Shown: positions 1 to 15,030, numbered from the stretch's first letter. The stretch: 64,000 nucleotides of DNA from an uncultured Hormoscilla sp. (GCA_963921275.4 OZ001293.3:2464001-2528000); one strand, 5' to 3'. Program-made: numbers and translations. Notes: a model not told the origin generated them from the sequence alone.

Positions 1-1
1 A

Positions 2-2314
2 TTGCTGGAATGCCTGGTAACGGAAATACCAAGTGACTTAGGCAGCAAACAGACGGTCGAAACAGCCCGAGGGCAGATTGTCTCCCTGTTTTCCAGCCTA
101 TCTAACAGCATTGGGATAAATGTCTGGCAGCATCAACCATGGCATCCCATCCTCTTGCAGTGGGAAGTAGAATTTTTCCCTACCCGGGATGGCAATAATC
201 TCGATCCCAGCAATAGAACTTACGCTCCTCAATTTATGCAGCAAAATTATCAATTTGCTGAAAAGGTGGGCGTACAATACAAAGACGCAGTCATTTGGTT
301 CTTATTAGACGCGGCCCTTTCTGCCGCCGGACTCAGCCTTGATCTTGAGGGACTCTCCGTGGGTTCTCCTCTGAGCAAATTCGATCCGAAATTTGACCTG
401 CGCGGCTTGGGCATTGATTACAAGAGCGGCCCCATCGAAATTGACGGTGCTTTCCTCAGAGGCCAAATCACCTTCGAGGGTAAAGAATACGACGACTACA
501 GCGGCACGGTCACCATCCGCACCGAACCCCTGACCCTGGCGGCCATTGGCTCCTATGTCCAGCTTCCAGTCGGCCCCTCTATGTTTGTCTACGCGGTACT
601 GGATTATCCCATCGGCGGCCCCGCCTTTTTCTTCATCACAGGACTGGCAGCCGGGTTTGGTTACAACCGCCAGCTCCACGTTCCCCCCATTGATGGCATT
701 CAAAGCTTCCCGCTGGTGCAGGAAGCGATGGGAGGCCTAACCGGAATCCCCAATCTGGCTGATGAACTTGCTAAGTTACAGGAATATATCCCGCCATCTG
801 TAGGAAATTACTTCTTAGCCATTGGCATCCGCTTCAGCAGCTTTAAGATGATCGACTCCTTTGTGCTAGTGTCGGCAACCTTCGGTCATCGTTTTGAGTT
901 GGATGTGTTGGGGCTATCGACCCTGGTGCTTCCCGTGCCAGAAAAAGGTGAAACAGTGACGCCGATCGCAGAAGTGCAATTAGCCCTGCGGGCTGCCTTT
1001 ATCCCCGATGAAAGGTTTTTGGGCATCAGCGCCCAACTCACGAGCAATTCCTTCCTGCTCGATCGCAAGTGTCATTTAACCGGTGGGTTTGCCTTCTACA
1101 GTTGGTTTGCTGGGGAACATAGTGGAGATTTCATTATCACGGTGGGTGGCTATCACCCCCACTTCTCCCGGCCCAGCCACTATCCCACCGTGCCCCGCCT
1201 CGGCTTCAATTGGCAGGTAAATTCCCATCTCAACTTCAAGGGTAGTGCTTACTATGCCCTGGCGTCCTCAGCCCTGATGGCGGGCTGCAACTTCAGCGCT
1301 ACCTGGGAAGATGGCAGCTTAAAAGCATGGTTCGATGCGGGAATCGATTTCCTCATTAGTTGGAAACCCTACCACTACGAAGCAGATTTCCACATCAGTA
1401 TCGGCGCATCCTATACCTTCTGGTTATTTGGCACCCACCACATCACCGTTAGTGTGGGTGCAGATGTGAGCATTTGGGGTCCAGAATTCGCAGGCAGGGC
1501 TCACATCCATTTGTGGATTATTTCCTTTACCATCTCCTTTGGTGCTAGCGATCGCAACCAGATCAATCCCATTCCCTGGACTCAATTCCGCGACTCCTTC
1601 CTACCAGAGGACGATAAGATTTGCACCATTAATCTGAAAGCAGGGCTGATCGATCGGAAAGCTGCAGATAGTAACGATGAAGAGGAGACCGATGGCGAGA
1701 ACCTGGGTATTGTCAATCCCAAAACCCTATGCTTGACCACCGACTCGGCGATTCCCCTGCAAACGGTCTCTCTGGAAAGCCAAAATCTAGACCATACTGG
1801 AGCCATAACGAGCTTCAATATCGGCACCATGCAGCTGAGTAATGGTCAGATTATTTCCACCCAACGCATCATCATCACCCGCGACGACAACCCAGTGGAA
1901 GCAGACTTTGACTTCCAACCCCTGACCAAAAATGTACCAGCGGCTCTATGGGGGTCTCGACTCAAACCCTCCTTGCAAGGTGAACAGATGGTTCCCAACC
2001 TATTAACCGGTTACGAAATCCACGATCGACGACCCGCCGAAGCCCCTCACGCTGCCCCCATTAGCTACGCAACACTCCAGCAAGCAGCCACCCTCGATCG
2101 TGAAGACAATGCCTTCCGTTGGTTTCAACTGACTCCCTTTGTGGCCCAAGCTTTAGATGACAAAGCAGCTCGACAGGAGATCGACAATACCCTCAACAAC
2201 AACAATGTTGCCAGCAAACGAGCCGCCATTACCAACGCTTTATTCGACAACATCAGTCTTGACCTTAATGATTTCAAGGCAGATGACTTTCTCAGTGCTC
2301 CCCAAGTCAATTAA
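2..2314 (+). CDS. DUF6603-like large hypothetical protein, 5'-partial, probably chimeric
   Basis: ORF track; GPPAFFFITGLAAGFGYNR, CHLTGGFAFYSWF and HPHF..P.HYP.VPRLGFNW motifs recalled from DUF6603 proteins; the first ~87 aa (QPWHPILLQWEVEF) resemble a different protein of such loci. Confidence 0.65.
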   Translation: MLECLVTEIPSDLGSKQTVETARGQIVSLFSSLSNSIGINVWQHQPWHPILLQWEVEFFPTRDGNNLDPSNRTYAPQFMQQNYQFAEKVGVQYKDAVIWFLLDAALSAAGLSLDLEGLSVGSPLSKFDPKFDLRGLGIDYKSGPIEIDGAFLRGQITFEGKEYDDYSGTVTIRTEPLTLAAIGSYVQLPVGPSMFVYAVLDYPIGGPAFFFITGLAAGFGYNRQLHVPPIDGIQSFPLVQEAMGGLTGIPNLADELAKLQEYIPPSVGNYFLAIGIRFSSFKMIDSFVLVSATFGHRFELDVLGLSTLVLPVPEKGETVTPIAEVQLALRAAFIPDERFLGISAQLTSNSFLLDRKCHLTGGFAFYSWFAGEHSGDFIITVGGYHPHFSRPSHYPTVPRLGFNWQVNSHLNFKGSAYYALASSALMAGCNFSATWEDGSLKAWFDAGIDFLISWKPYHYEADFHISIGASYTFWLFGTHHITVSVGADVSIWGPEFAGRAHIHLWIISFTISFGASDRNQINPIPWTQFRDSFLPEDDKICTINLKAGLIDRKAADSNDEEETDGENLGIVNPKTLCLTTDSAIPLQTVSLESQNLDHTGAITSFNIGTMQLSNGQIISTQRIIITRDDNPVEADFDFQPLTKNVPAALWGSRLKPSLQGEQMVPNLLTGYEIHDRRPAEAPHAAPISYATLQQAATLDREDNAFRWFQLTPFVAQALDDKAARQEIDNTLNNNNVASKRAAITNALFDNISLDLNDFKADDFLSAPQVN

Positions 2315-2340
2315 TTAACAACCAGAGCGGTAATCTAGCT

Positions 2341-4221
2341 ATGCCAAATTCTTCTACATCAGCCCCGCCAACACCTGAAAGCCTAGTATTTGCAGCCTAT
2401 CACCAGCTCCCGATCGCGATTGGCGACTATAACGTCAAGGTAGAACATACATTCCACACAACCGATAATACAACGATTCCGTCCCAGACCTTCGCGGCAA
2501 CGCGGCGGTTTCGGGTCGAGGGGGAGCGCTTTCAACTCAAGCCTGACGATCTCCAGGCCGTTTTTCCCCCTCAGGGCAGCCTAGGGGACCACAGCAACGT
2601 CCTCCCTCACATCATCTTGACCCATAGCACCTTGCCCTGGGAGCGCAGCCCTGCGGTGTCCCCGGAAAGCAGTGATGATTTGTTCCCTTGGCTGTTACTA
2701 CTGGTCTTTAGTGAAGCAGAAAAGCCAAAAACAAAGACGATTACCTTAGGAGAATTATCGAACCAAGGCCCAAAGTTTCCAGTGGTGTCTCTGCATGGTT
2801 ATCGAAAAGCTAGCGATCCCGTGAACGTCATTGATGTTAAGCGTCAGGTTCTAGAACCCCTATTGCCGACACTGGATGACTTAAAGATGTTGGCTCATGT
2901 CCGTCGTCTGGATTTTAGCGCACAAGATCAACAAGGCATGAGCCGTACTGACTTGCATGAGAGTGAGCGTGCTGTTATTCTTGCCAATCGATTACCAGCA
3001 CCAGGGGCAACGACTACCGTTCATCTAGTTTCCGTCGAAGGGCGCTATAACACTACGGGATTCAACTTTGATAATGCTGGCCCCAATGATGAAATTCGCC
3101 TCGTGAGCCTGACTAGCTGGCGCTTTGCCTGCATCAGCAGCGATCAGACCTTTGCCGAGATGATTAAGGGACTTGAAAAGGATCATCGCTCCTTCCGCTT
3201 ACCCAACAATCCCAATAATGATGTAGAAAACTTCCTCAAAGAAGGCTTTGTACCCGTTCGCCATGGCCTACGCCAGGGGGGCAAAACCCTCTCCTGGTAT
3301 CGAGGACCTTTTGCGACTGGAACCGTTAACGACAACCTGACAGTACCCGTCCATACCTCTGATGCACTGTTGCGTTATTACCAAGATGTTGGTATGTTTG
3401 ACGTCGGTTATGCATCAGCCTGGGAGTTGGGGCGGCTAATGGCCTTACAAAGTCCAACCTTCTCTGCTAATCTTTACGAATGGAAGCGCCTGCGAGACCA
3501 GCAAGATAAGTGCAACCAACGGTCAGAACAAGGGGATCACCCCCTGGAAAAGCCTGATGTGAAAACGGATATGCCAGAATCAGTAAGAACCTGGCTAGAG
3601 CAGTTAAGCTATCTTGAAGGGGTGCCGTTCAAATATCTCGTCCCGGATGAACGGTTGTTGCCCAAGGAATCGATTCGCTTTTTCCAGGTCGATGGAAAAT
3701 GGATCCGTTGCTTGCTGGATGGAGCCTACAGTATTGGGCGGATTACCGAGGCTGATTTCGAGTATGATGAAAATACACCACTGTCTATTCCATATACCCA
3801 TGCCACCGGTATTCTAATTCGCTCCGATCTAGTCTCGGGTTATCCTGGTTTACTGATTGATGCCTACAGCGACGATGGGAACACTCACTTAACAGAATTG
3901 AGGCGACAATACTTGTCCAAAAATATTTTATTGTGTATTTTTGAGGGCGATATATACCGTCTTGATATTCACCAAAAGCCAGAGATGTTGCACTTTGCGC
4001 TGGAGCTGCCAGGTAATAATCAGTACCAAAAGAAACTACGCAATTCTCAAGCTACCATCTCTGGTAACTTGCCAGCAACAAGAATTGTTCCTATCTCCGA
4101 GCTTAAGGAGAAAATGATACATAGCCTAAATATAGAGAATAGCGAATTTAATTCAGGGCGCTTTGCCTTGGAAATGATCGAATCGGCTGAAAAAGTAAGC
4201 TTTTATCGAGGGGGAACGTGA
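2341..4221 (+). CDS. Conserved hypothetical protein of DUF6603-type loci
   Basis: 626 aa ORF 26 bp downstream of ORF1; LPWER, HLVSVEG, YASAWELGRL and YLVPDERLLPKESIRFF motifs. Confidence 0.6.
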   Translation: MPNSSTSAPPTPESLVFAAYHQLPIAIGDYNVKVEHTFHTTDNTTIPSQTFAATRRFRVEGERFQLKPDDLQAVFPPQGSLGDHSNVLPHIILTHSTLPWERSPAVSPESSDDLFPWLLLLVFSEAEKPKTKTITLGELSNQGPKFPVVSLHGYRKASDPVNVIDVKRQVLEPLLPTLDDLKMLAHVRRLDFSAQDQQGMSRTDLHESERAVILANRLPAPGATTTVHLVSVEGRYNTTGFNFDNAGPNDEIRLVSLTSWRFACISSDQTFAEMIKGLEKDHRSFRLPNNPNNDVENFLKEGFVPVRHGLRQGGKTLSWYRGPFATGTVNDNLTVPVHTSDALLRYYQDVGMFDVGYASAWELGRLMALQSPTFSANLYEWKRLRDQQDKCNQRSEQGDHPLEKPDVKTDMPESVRTWLEQLSYLEGVPFKYLVPDERLLPKESIRFFQVDGKWIRCLLDGAYSIGRITEADFEYDENTPLSIPYTHATGILIRSDLVSGYPGLLIDAYSDDGNTHLTELRRQYLSKNILLCIFEGDIYRLDIHQKPEMLHFALELPGNNQYQKKLRNSQATISGNLPATRIVPISELKEKMIHSLNIENSEFNSGRFALEMIESAEKVSFYRGGT

Positions 4222-4404
4222 GTTCGACGGACTGGACCTGACGGGGTGACAAGCTTGTCAAAAGCCCCTCCAGTAAGCTATCACACCATTACAGCATTAA
4301 ATGGGAGCATCTCACTTTTACTGTGGGCATATTCACCAGTAACTCAGAAACCCGGTATGAGCAAAAAACCGGGTTTATTAATTTTTGCATTGAGACGATC
4401 CCAT

Positions 4405-5026
4405 CTATGTTAGCTGACCGAGATGCTTGAGTATTCTCAGGACGTTATACAAATCATTCTCCCGTTTTTTCAGCAGGTCAAAGGGATCTGAGGTGGCATA
4501 CTGAGAAGGGTTGTCTTGAACTAATTTAAGGAAAAGGAAACTACCGCCATTGGTAATCATGCCAAAACTAGGTTTTTCCGGGTGATGGTTAGCTAGCATA
4601 TAAGATAAAATTTGTGCAATACCTGCACCCAAAGAGTAAGATGCCCGTTTTGACTCAATCACAGTCACCCACAACTGCTCCTTTAGGACTAAGACATCAA
4701 TCTTCCCCTCGACAATCCTGCCGTCATCCTCTCCCTCTAATGTTACCGTATTTTCATGCTTTATTGGAAAGGGTGAGAGAAAAAAGTCAGCGAAAAATAG
4801 CAAGGGAGCAATTACTGCCATCTTGATGTTCCAGCAAGAGAGGGTGTCTGAGTAGGTTAAAGTAACCCGCTTTCACCTTGTCTAACATTTGCTTCTCCGT
4901 GTCCGCGATCTCGGGTAAGTTGGTTTGCCATTCGGGGAAAAAATGCTCCTCCTCAACTTCCACAAGGTTAAATCTTGCTTCTAATTCATCAATGGGAATG
5001 ACTGAGGCTGATATTTTGTTAACCAT
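4405..5026 (-). pseudogene. HsdR-N-like / restriction endonuclease-fold protein, frameshifted
   Basis: Two overlapping ORFs (4787-5038, 4405-4821) form one protein with GKIDVLV..VIESK; frame switch near 4825. Confidence 0.65.
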
Positions 5027-5296
5027 GAGCGTAAACAAGTACAGGTTTGATCGTCAATACCTTGACGATTACTTCTAGTTTAGCATAATAGCCCGGGGAA
5101 ATGCAAGTTTCATGAAAAGTGATCGAGAAGATATCTATAACTCATCTAAAGAGTCGTCAACCGGGTTTATATTGTCAAATCATTGATTGCTAGTTAATAT
5201 GTGGAGTAGAAACCTGGTTTCTGGCTTCTACTCGATATCCTAGGCTGACTATAATAGGTTAAAATGAGACTGTAGCTTTAATCGCAAGGGCAAGCA

Positions 5297-5914
5297 ATGG
5301 TTAGATCGATCGCCCCAACGGGCCTAAGCTGGGAGGAGTTCGTTGCTGAGTATGGAGATAACGAACGCTACGAACTCATTGATGGAGAACTGATTGATAT
5401 GGAACCGACCGGTCCACACGAACAGGTAGCTGCACTTGTCAGCCGCAAGCTCAACGTCGAGATCGATCGAGGCGACCTACCTTATTTTATCCCCCATCGC
5501 TGTTTAATTAGACCTTTAGGAATCGCTAGCGCTTTCAGACCAGATGTCGTTGTATTGGACTCGGAAGCACTTGTTTCCGAACCCCTTTGGAATCGCGAAC
5601 CAGTGGTGACAATGGGGGGTGCTACGGCGAAACTTGTGGTGGAAGTGGTCAGCACGAATTGGCAAAATGATTATGCTCGCAAATATGAAGATTACGAAGC
5701 ATTAGGGATTGCCGAATACTGGATTGTTGATTATTTAGGTCTTGGCGGGAAATACTACATTGGCAGTCCCAAGCAACCTGCCATTACGATTTGTAATTTA
5801 GTTGATGGCGAATATCAAAAGATGATGTTGCGTAGTGGGAATTTCATCCAATCTTTGCTGTTTCCAGACTTGAAGCTATCTGCAGATAAATTATTTGCTT
5901 TTGGTGGGGTATAA
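5297..5914 (+). CDS. Uma2 family endonuclease
   Basis: YELIDGEL, RPDVVV, LVVEVVS, EYWIVD motifs. Confidence 0.9.
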   Translation: MVRSIAPTGLSWEEFVAEYGDNERYELIDGELIDMEPTGPHEQVAALVSRKLNVEIDRGDLPYFIPHRCLIRPLGIASAFRPDVVVLDSEALVSEPLWNREPVVTMGGATAKLVVEVVSTNWQNDYARKYEDYEALGIAEYWIVDYLGLGGKYYIGSPKQPAITICNLVDGEYQKMMLRSGNFIQSLLFPDLKLSADKLFAFGGV

Positions 5915-6040
5915 TTATTAAACATGAGCAGTTAAAAACCGACAAGGTTAGGAAACCCAACCCGATGGACACAGATATTGGTTGGGTTTCATGCCTCAAC
6001 CCCCACCTACAAATAACAACTAGCAACGGAAAAAGATAAT

Positions 6041-6703
6041 ATGGCATACAGCGAATTTACGACGATCGCCAAAGCGAGAGAAACTTTCAATCTTACCGTT
6101 GAGGAAATGACTCACCTGTTTACTGACATAGAACCGATCGCACCCAGCGACTACCTGAAAATGACTCTGGATGAGAATTTACCTCTCGCTAACGCTATTA
6201 ACACGGAAAAGGCCCGATCGGAGTTGATTATTACTCCGGTTTTACTAGAGGTGAGACGGATATTCAACTTCCAAATAGGTTTTTTTTCGGGGACTGACTT
6301 TAATGTGGAAGCGCAAGTGGGACTGAATGGATACTGCGATTATATCCTCACGGCATCCAGGGAAATGTATGAAATCAAAACTCCAGTTATCACATTGGTA
6401 GAAGGCAAGAATGAAAACATTAAAGGAGGACTGGGACAATGTATGGCGAAAATGGTAGCTGCTCAAAGATTTAATCAACAGCATGATGAGGAAGTCCCAG
6501 CTATATATGGTGCAGTCACAACGGGTACTAATTGGAAGTTTCTCAAATTGAGCGCCCAAATAATTGCGATCGATCTGAGCGATTATTATATTAAAGAGGT
6601 GGACAAGATTTTGGGGATTTTAGCAACTCCTTTGCGGGAGGTGATTGATGGGCGATCGCCTGGGAGCAATGTAGGGGTACAACATCAACAGATTATCGGT
6701 TGA
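6041..6703 (+). CDS. Conserved cyanobacterial restriction-endonuclease-fold hypothetical protein
   Basis: TEKARSELII, GYCDY, GLGQC, YGAVTTGTNWKFL. Confidence 0.7.
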   Translation: MAYSEFTTIAKARETFNLTVEEMTHLFTDIEPIAPSDYLKMTLDENLPLANAINTEKARSELIITPVLLEVRRIFNFQIGFFSGTDFNVEAQVGLNGYCDYILTASREMYEIKTPVITLVEGKNENIKGGLGQCMAKMVAAQRFNQQHDEEVPAIYGAVTTGTNWKFLKLSAQIIAIDLSDYYIKEVDKILGILATPLREVIDGRSPGSNVGVQHQQIIG

Positions 6704-7371
6704 TGTTGTGCCCAGATAACTCGCGTTTTTGGACGATAGCTGATTGCTATCTCTTGTCAGCATTTTGCTCCAACCAACTCACCAAATCTGCCTCACTTTC
6801 AAAATCCAACAGAGCCTCGCCTAAATTCTCCGCTAATTCAATTGGCAACTGGCCGAAAAGCAAAGAACCCATGTTATAATAGTAAATAAACATGTGGGAG
6901 AATCACTATGTCAACCTACAACACTGCAGAAGAGTTTGTAACTGCAATACGCTCTTTATTGCTTGAGGAAGATTTTTATGCAGCCCAGAAACTTTCCTTT
7001 GAGGCTCAAGCTCAGTACCTGAAACATGAGGTGGAGATTTTCCCGCTTTTTTGGGTTTGACTGGCTTCTTAGAACGAATTCGCTTTGCTGTAGACCCTAA
7101 TACCGATACCTTCTACTTCGGTCAACTCTGAAGCCATAGTTAGCACCCTCAGTCTGCTGTATGCTTCTTTTCTATCGATGTCCTCCCTATCTCAGAAGAT
7201 TGCCAAAGTAGGAGGTAGAGGGTCGGAGGTTTCAACTAGTTCGTCCTTTCGATGCCTACCGTTCCGGAAAAATCGGGATGCAACGCAGGCAACCTACGAT
7301 GCCTTCCTCCCGCACGGCGAAAACCGGAAGGCATCGCGAAGGCATTGAGGTTCCCCCCATCGTGGTAAACT

Positions 7372-9133
7372 TCAATTAATCACAGTGAAATCCTCGACAG
7401 TAATCAGGGTCAAATCAATGCGCTGTAGGGTGACCAGGGTTTCCTCTTCAAAGTTAATCAAGGTATTTCGGCCCTGAGGGACGATCTGCAAATCGTTGAA
7501 ACTCAAACTTCCTGCTAGCCCGATCTTGTCCGTGCCATCTTCAAAGTCTATGATGGTATCCCGGCCATGGCCCTGCTTCAGAACAAAAATATCGGCGTCC
7601 TCCCCTCCTTCGAGGGTATCGTCCACGTCCGCCGATGAGAGAGTCGTTCTCATCTTGTCCGTAGAGGATATCGTCTCCATATCCGCCGATGATCGAGTCA
7701 TTCCCATCTTCTCCTTCGAGGGTATCGTCTCCAGATCCGCCGATGATCGAGTCGTTCTCATCTTCTCCGTAGAGGTAATCTTTTCCATGTCCGCCGATGA
7801 TCGAGTCGTCTCCATCACCTCCGTAGAGGTGATCGTTTCCACGTCCGCCGATGAGGGTGTCGTTCCCTTTTTTCCCAAAGAGCCGGTCTTCTCCTCCTAG
7901 ACCTAACAGTTGTTCCCCGTTGGGCGTCCCCCGGAGGTAGTCGTTCTGACTATTCTCACCGACTATTGGTAGGCCAACCTCTGGAACATCGTTGACGTTA
8001 ATGGTAAAGGTCTCGGAGTAACTGGCCCCAGTAGAGTCGGTAGTCTGGACGCGGATGCTGTAACTCGATTTAGTCTCAAAGTCCAAGGAACTGTTAGTTA
8101 GCAGTTGGTTCTCTTCTATGGTGAAGGCGCCGTTATCTTCGTCACCTTCGCCTGAGACTAACTGGTAGGTAAAGGTATCTCCACTGTCGGGGTCGATAGT
8201 TCCGAAAGTCCCCACGACGCTATTGACTGGAGAGTTTTCATCGATGCTACTGCCAGAGAGGTTGAGGCCGGTAGGAGGGGAGTTCTCTACAACATCGTTG
8301 ACGTTAATGGTAAAGGTCTCCGAGTAACTGGCCCCAGCAGCGTCGGTAGTTTGGACGCGGATGCTGTAACTCGACTGGGTCTCATAGTCCGGTGAACTGT
8401 TAATTAGCAGTTGGTCCCCTTCTATGGTGAAGGCGGCGTTGTCGGAGGCACCGGCGCCTGAGACTAACTGATAGGTAAAGGTATCTCCACTGTCGGGGTC
8501 GGTAGTTCCGAAAGTCCCCACGACGCTATTGACGGCGGAGTTTTCATCGATGCTACTGTTGCTGAGTTCTAGATCGGTAGGAGGGGAGTTCTTTATAACA
8601 ATGTCAAAGATATCTGTCACTTCACTTTCCGCTTGGTCGATGGCGGTTACCGTTACGGTAAAGATGCCTGTGGTAGTAGAGATACCGCTGATAACTCCCT
8701 GAGAGTTGATGGTTACGCCCCCTGGTAAACCGGTAGCTGTGTAGTTGTTGATGTTATCATTGATGTCGCCGAAGTTTTCGCTAATGTCTAGGTTGAGGTT
8801 ATTACCTAGCAAGAACTCGAAGTTGGGAATCTCGGTTTTTACATAAGGGGGGTTTTCCAAGAGCTTGTGAGCTCGTAAATCTAGGACCCCTTGGGGGATG
8901 CTGCCAGTCAGTTGGTTGTTCTCCAGGTTGAGCAATTCCAAATTGTCCAGATCCCCTAACTCCGTCGGGATGCTACCAGTCAGTTGGTTCTGGTGCAGGT
9001 AGAGCGCTTGCAAATTGTCCAGATCCCCTAACTCCGTCGGGATGCTGCCAGTCAATTGGTTCTTGGACAGGGTGAGCAATAGCAAATTGTCCAGATTCCC
9101 TAACTGATTCGGGATGCTGCCAGTCAGTTGGTT
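7372..9133 (-). pseudogene. LRR + Ig-like + 2x cadherin + RTX Ca-binding secreted protein; 5'-truncated and frameshifted
   Basis: NQLTGSIP LRRs (72-bp repeats), ATGLPGGVTI Ig-like domain, two cadherin repeats, GGxGxD repeats; C-terminus continues in another frame (7372-7620); stop codons immediately upstream of 9133. Confidence 0.85.
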
Positions 9134-11360
9134 AAGAGAGGCTTTGGGTCACTACAAAGCCGGACGCCTGGGTAAGGCGAGGGCTGTTTATTTGGCGATG
9201 CTAGAACAGCAGCCTCACCAGGTAGAGGCTATGCAGATGCTAGGAATTATTGCTTATCGGACGAAGGAATACGATCGGGCGATCAACTATTTCCAACAGG
9301 TGATATCTATAAAGCAAGATTGGCCTGAGACTTATAATAATCTGGGGGCTTGCTTCTGGGAACAGGGAAAAATCGAACAGGCGATCGCTGCCTACAAACA
9401 GGCGCTCGCAGTGAAGCCTGATTATCTTGATGCTTATGATAACCTGGCTTTGGCCCTGGAAAAACAGGGAAAAAGATTAGAGCTGCGCGAGCTGCGCGCA
9501 CTCTACGCGAAGGAGACTGACCAGCAAGTGGGATCGCTGATCCCGAGTGGCGCGACCCCTGAAAAATTGGCGGCGATGCGTCGCCAAGAAAAGCGTTATC
9601 AAGAGGCGCTCGCTCATTACCAACAGGCGATGAGTTGGTATCAAAAGGGAGAAGAAGACAAGGCGATCGCTTTCTGTCACCAAGTGCTATTGGCCTATCC
9701 GGGAAATAGCGAAACCATGAATTTGTTGGGAGTATGTCTCCAAAATACCGGGAAGCTAGCAGAAGCAGTATCCGTATACCGGGAGGCGATCGCTCTCAAT
9801 CCCCAGAACATAAACCTGCACAATAATTTGGGCTCAGCTTTGCACTCTTTGGGCCATGAGGAACAAGCGCTCGCCTGCTACGAAAAGGCTATCACCATTG
9901 ACCCCAACTGTGCGGATGCTTACTATAATGCAGCCAAAATTATGGAAGAGCAAAACCGTAGAAAAGAGGCGATCGCCTATTGTAAAAAAGCCATTGCCAT
10001 TAAACCAGAGGCGAAATTTTACAATGAGTTAGGTATATACTATCAAAAATGTGGGAACTTAGCAGAGGCGGCGAGGCAGTATGAACAGGCGATAGATTTA
10101 ACGCCGAACTGTCTGGAAGCAATTTGCAACCTGGGGATGATACTACGAAAGCAGGGTAAAATAGCAGAGGCGCTCGGACAATATCGCCAGGCTCTGGCAA
10201 TTAAACCAGATTATCCAGAAGTATACAATAGGATGGGGCTCGCTTGGCAAGAGCAGGGTAAGTTAGCAGAGGCGATCGCATGCTACCAAAAGGCGATCGC
10301 CCTGAAACCAGACTTTGTTTCAGCCTACATCAACCTGGGTATTGCCCTGCAAGAACAACTGAAATTACAAGAGGCGATGGGCTATTACCGCCATGCTATT
10401 GCCTTAAAGCCAGATGCAGAAAAGGCCCACATGGGTCTGGGAATGTGCTCGTTATTATTGCAGGACTTTCAGCAAGGATTTGTAGAATATGAATGGCGCT
10501 GGTGGACAAAATCACAGACCCCGGAAGAACGCTTAAAAAAACCCCTTTGGGATGGTTCGCCACTGGCAGGAAAAACTATTCTTTTACATACAGAACAGGG
10601 ACACGGGGACGCTATCCAGTTCGTCCGTTACGCGCCCTTAGTAGCCCAGCGGGGTGCTGGTAAAGTAATCCTGGAAACATATCCGGCTCTCAGGCGCTTG
10701 TTTACTACGGTCTCCCTTGTTCAGGAGGTGGTAGTCAAAGGTGAATCATTACCAGCATTTGACGTGCAAGTCCCCCTGATGAGTCTCCCCCGCATCCTGG
10801 GTACGACTATAGAAACTATTCCGGCTCGAATATCCTATTTGTACGCTGAAGAGAAGGACGCCGTAAAGTGTATCTTACTACGAAGGGAAGGAGAGGTAAA
10901 AGTCGGCATTGTGTGGGCTGTTAATGCTAAAAGTCCTACAGCTAGTAAGCGGTCTTGTCCGGTTTCCCTGTTTCTGGAACTTTCCCAGATACCAGGAGTT
11001 TCTCTTTATAGTTTGCAAAAGGAACATACAGATATCCTGGATGGGGCACCTATACAGGATTTAAGCACGCACTTGCATGACTTCGCCTCTTCGGCTGCTG
11101 TTATCTCACAATTAGACTTAGTAATTTCTGTAGATACAGCAGTTGCCCATCTAGCAGGTGCTTTAGGAAAACCTGTCTGGGTGCTGTTACCTTTTTCTCC
11201 TGACTGGCGCTGGTTGCTCGATCGATCGGATAGCCCTTGGTATCCCACGATGCGCCCCGATCGTCAAACAAAACTGGGAGACTGGCCGAGTGTGTTTGCC
11301 CAGGTTAAAGCAGCATTAACAGCGAAGAGCGCGCCTCCCGGATCGCGCCTCCGCGGGTGA
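9114..11360 (+). CDS. TPR-repeat protein with C-terminal glycosyltransferase (GT9-like) domain, copy 1
   Basis: Many TPRs; EQGHGDAIQFVRY and DLVISVDTAVAHLAGALG; native N-terminus replaced at 9128-9133. Confidence 0.85.
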   Translation: MLPVSWLREALGHYKAGRLGKARAVYLAMLEQQPHQVEAMQMLGIIAYRTKEYDRAINYFQQVISIKQDWPETYNNLGACFWEQGKIEQAIAAYKQALAVKPDYLDAYDNLALALEKQGKRLELRELRALYAKETDQQVGSLIPSGATPEKLAAMRRQEKRYQEALAHYQQAMSWYQKGEEDKAIAFCHQVLLAYPGNSETMNLLGVCLQNTGKLAEAVSVYREAIALNPQNINLHNNLGSALHSLGHEEQALACYEKAITIDPNCADAYYNAAKIMEEQNRRKEAIAYCKKAIAIKPEAKFYNELGIYYQKCGNLAEAARQYEQAIDLTPNCLEAICNLGMILRKQGKIAEALGQYRQALAIKPDYPEVYNRMGLAWQEQGKLAEAIACYQKAIALKPDFVSAYINLGIALQEQLKLQEAMGYYRHAIALKPDAEKAHMGLGMCSLLLQDFQQGFVEYEWRWWTKSQTPEERLKKPLWDGSPLAGKTILLHTEQGHGDAIQFVRYAPLVAQRGAGKVILETYPALRRLFTTVSLVQEVVVKGESLPAFDVQVPLMSLPRILGTTIETIPARISYLYAEEKDAVKCILLRREGEVKVGIVWAVNAKSPTASKRSCPVSLFLELSQIPGVSLYSLQKEHTDILDGAPIQDLSTHLHDFASSAAVISQLDLVISVDTAVAHLAGALGKPVWVLLPFSPDWRWLLDRSDSPWYPTMRPDRQTKLGDWPSVFAQVKAALTAKSAPPGSRLRG

Positions 11361-11682
11361 GTTGTTAGAGCAACAACCAAAAATTCAGGTAATTTCCATC
11401 GAATGCGCTGCGCGCACGCTACGCGATCGGGGTTGAGAATAGGAAGAAAAGGGGTTAACTCTATCGGACTGGCAGTTTTTACTTTTTGGCATTGGGCCTG
11501 TTGTGGTGGTGCAGCATAGATGTAGAATTAGAAGAGAAATCATTCCAGGAAATTGTTGTTCCTGGAATGATTTTTCCAACCGCAGGTCTGTTAAAATAAA
11601 ATATCCCGGGAATCAGAAATTAAACAGTTGAAAATTGAAGCTATAATTAACGTTGGTTTGTCTGTTATGATTAGGAGGTTTC

Positions 11683-15030
<3,348 letters not shown>

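Noticed and set aside
4346..4378. AGAAACCCGG hairpins (also 37424, 59223) as novel elements
   Set aside because: Common cyanobacterial REP/terminator-like palindromes
7240..7345. Possible c-di-GMP riboswitch
   Set aside because: Only a loose GGGATGCAA resemblance, and it lies 3' of a gene; more likely a hairpin repeat
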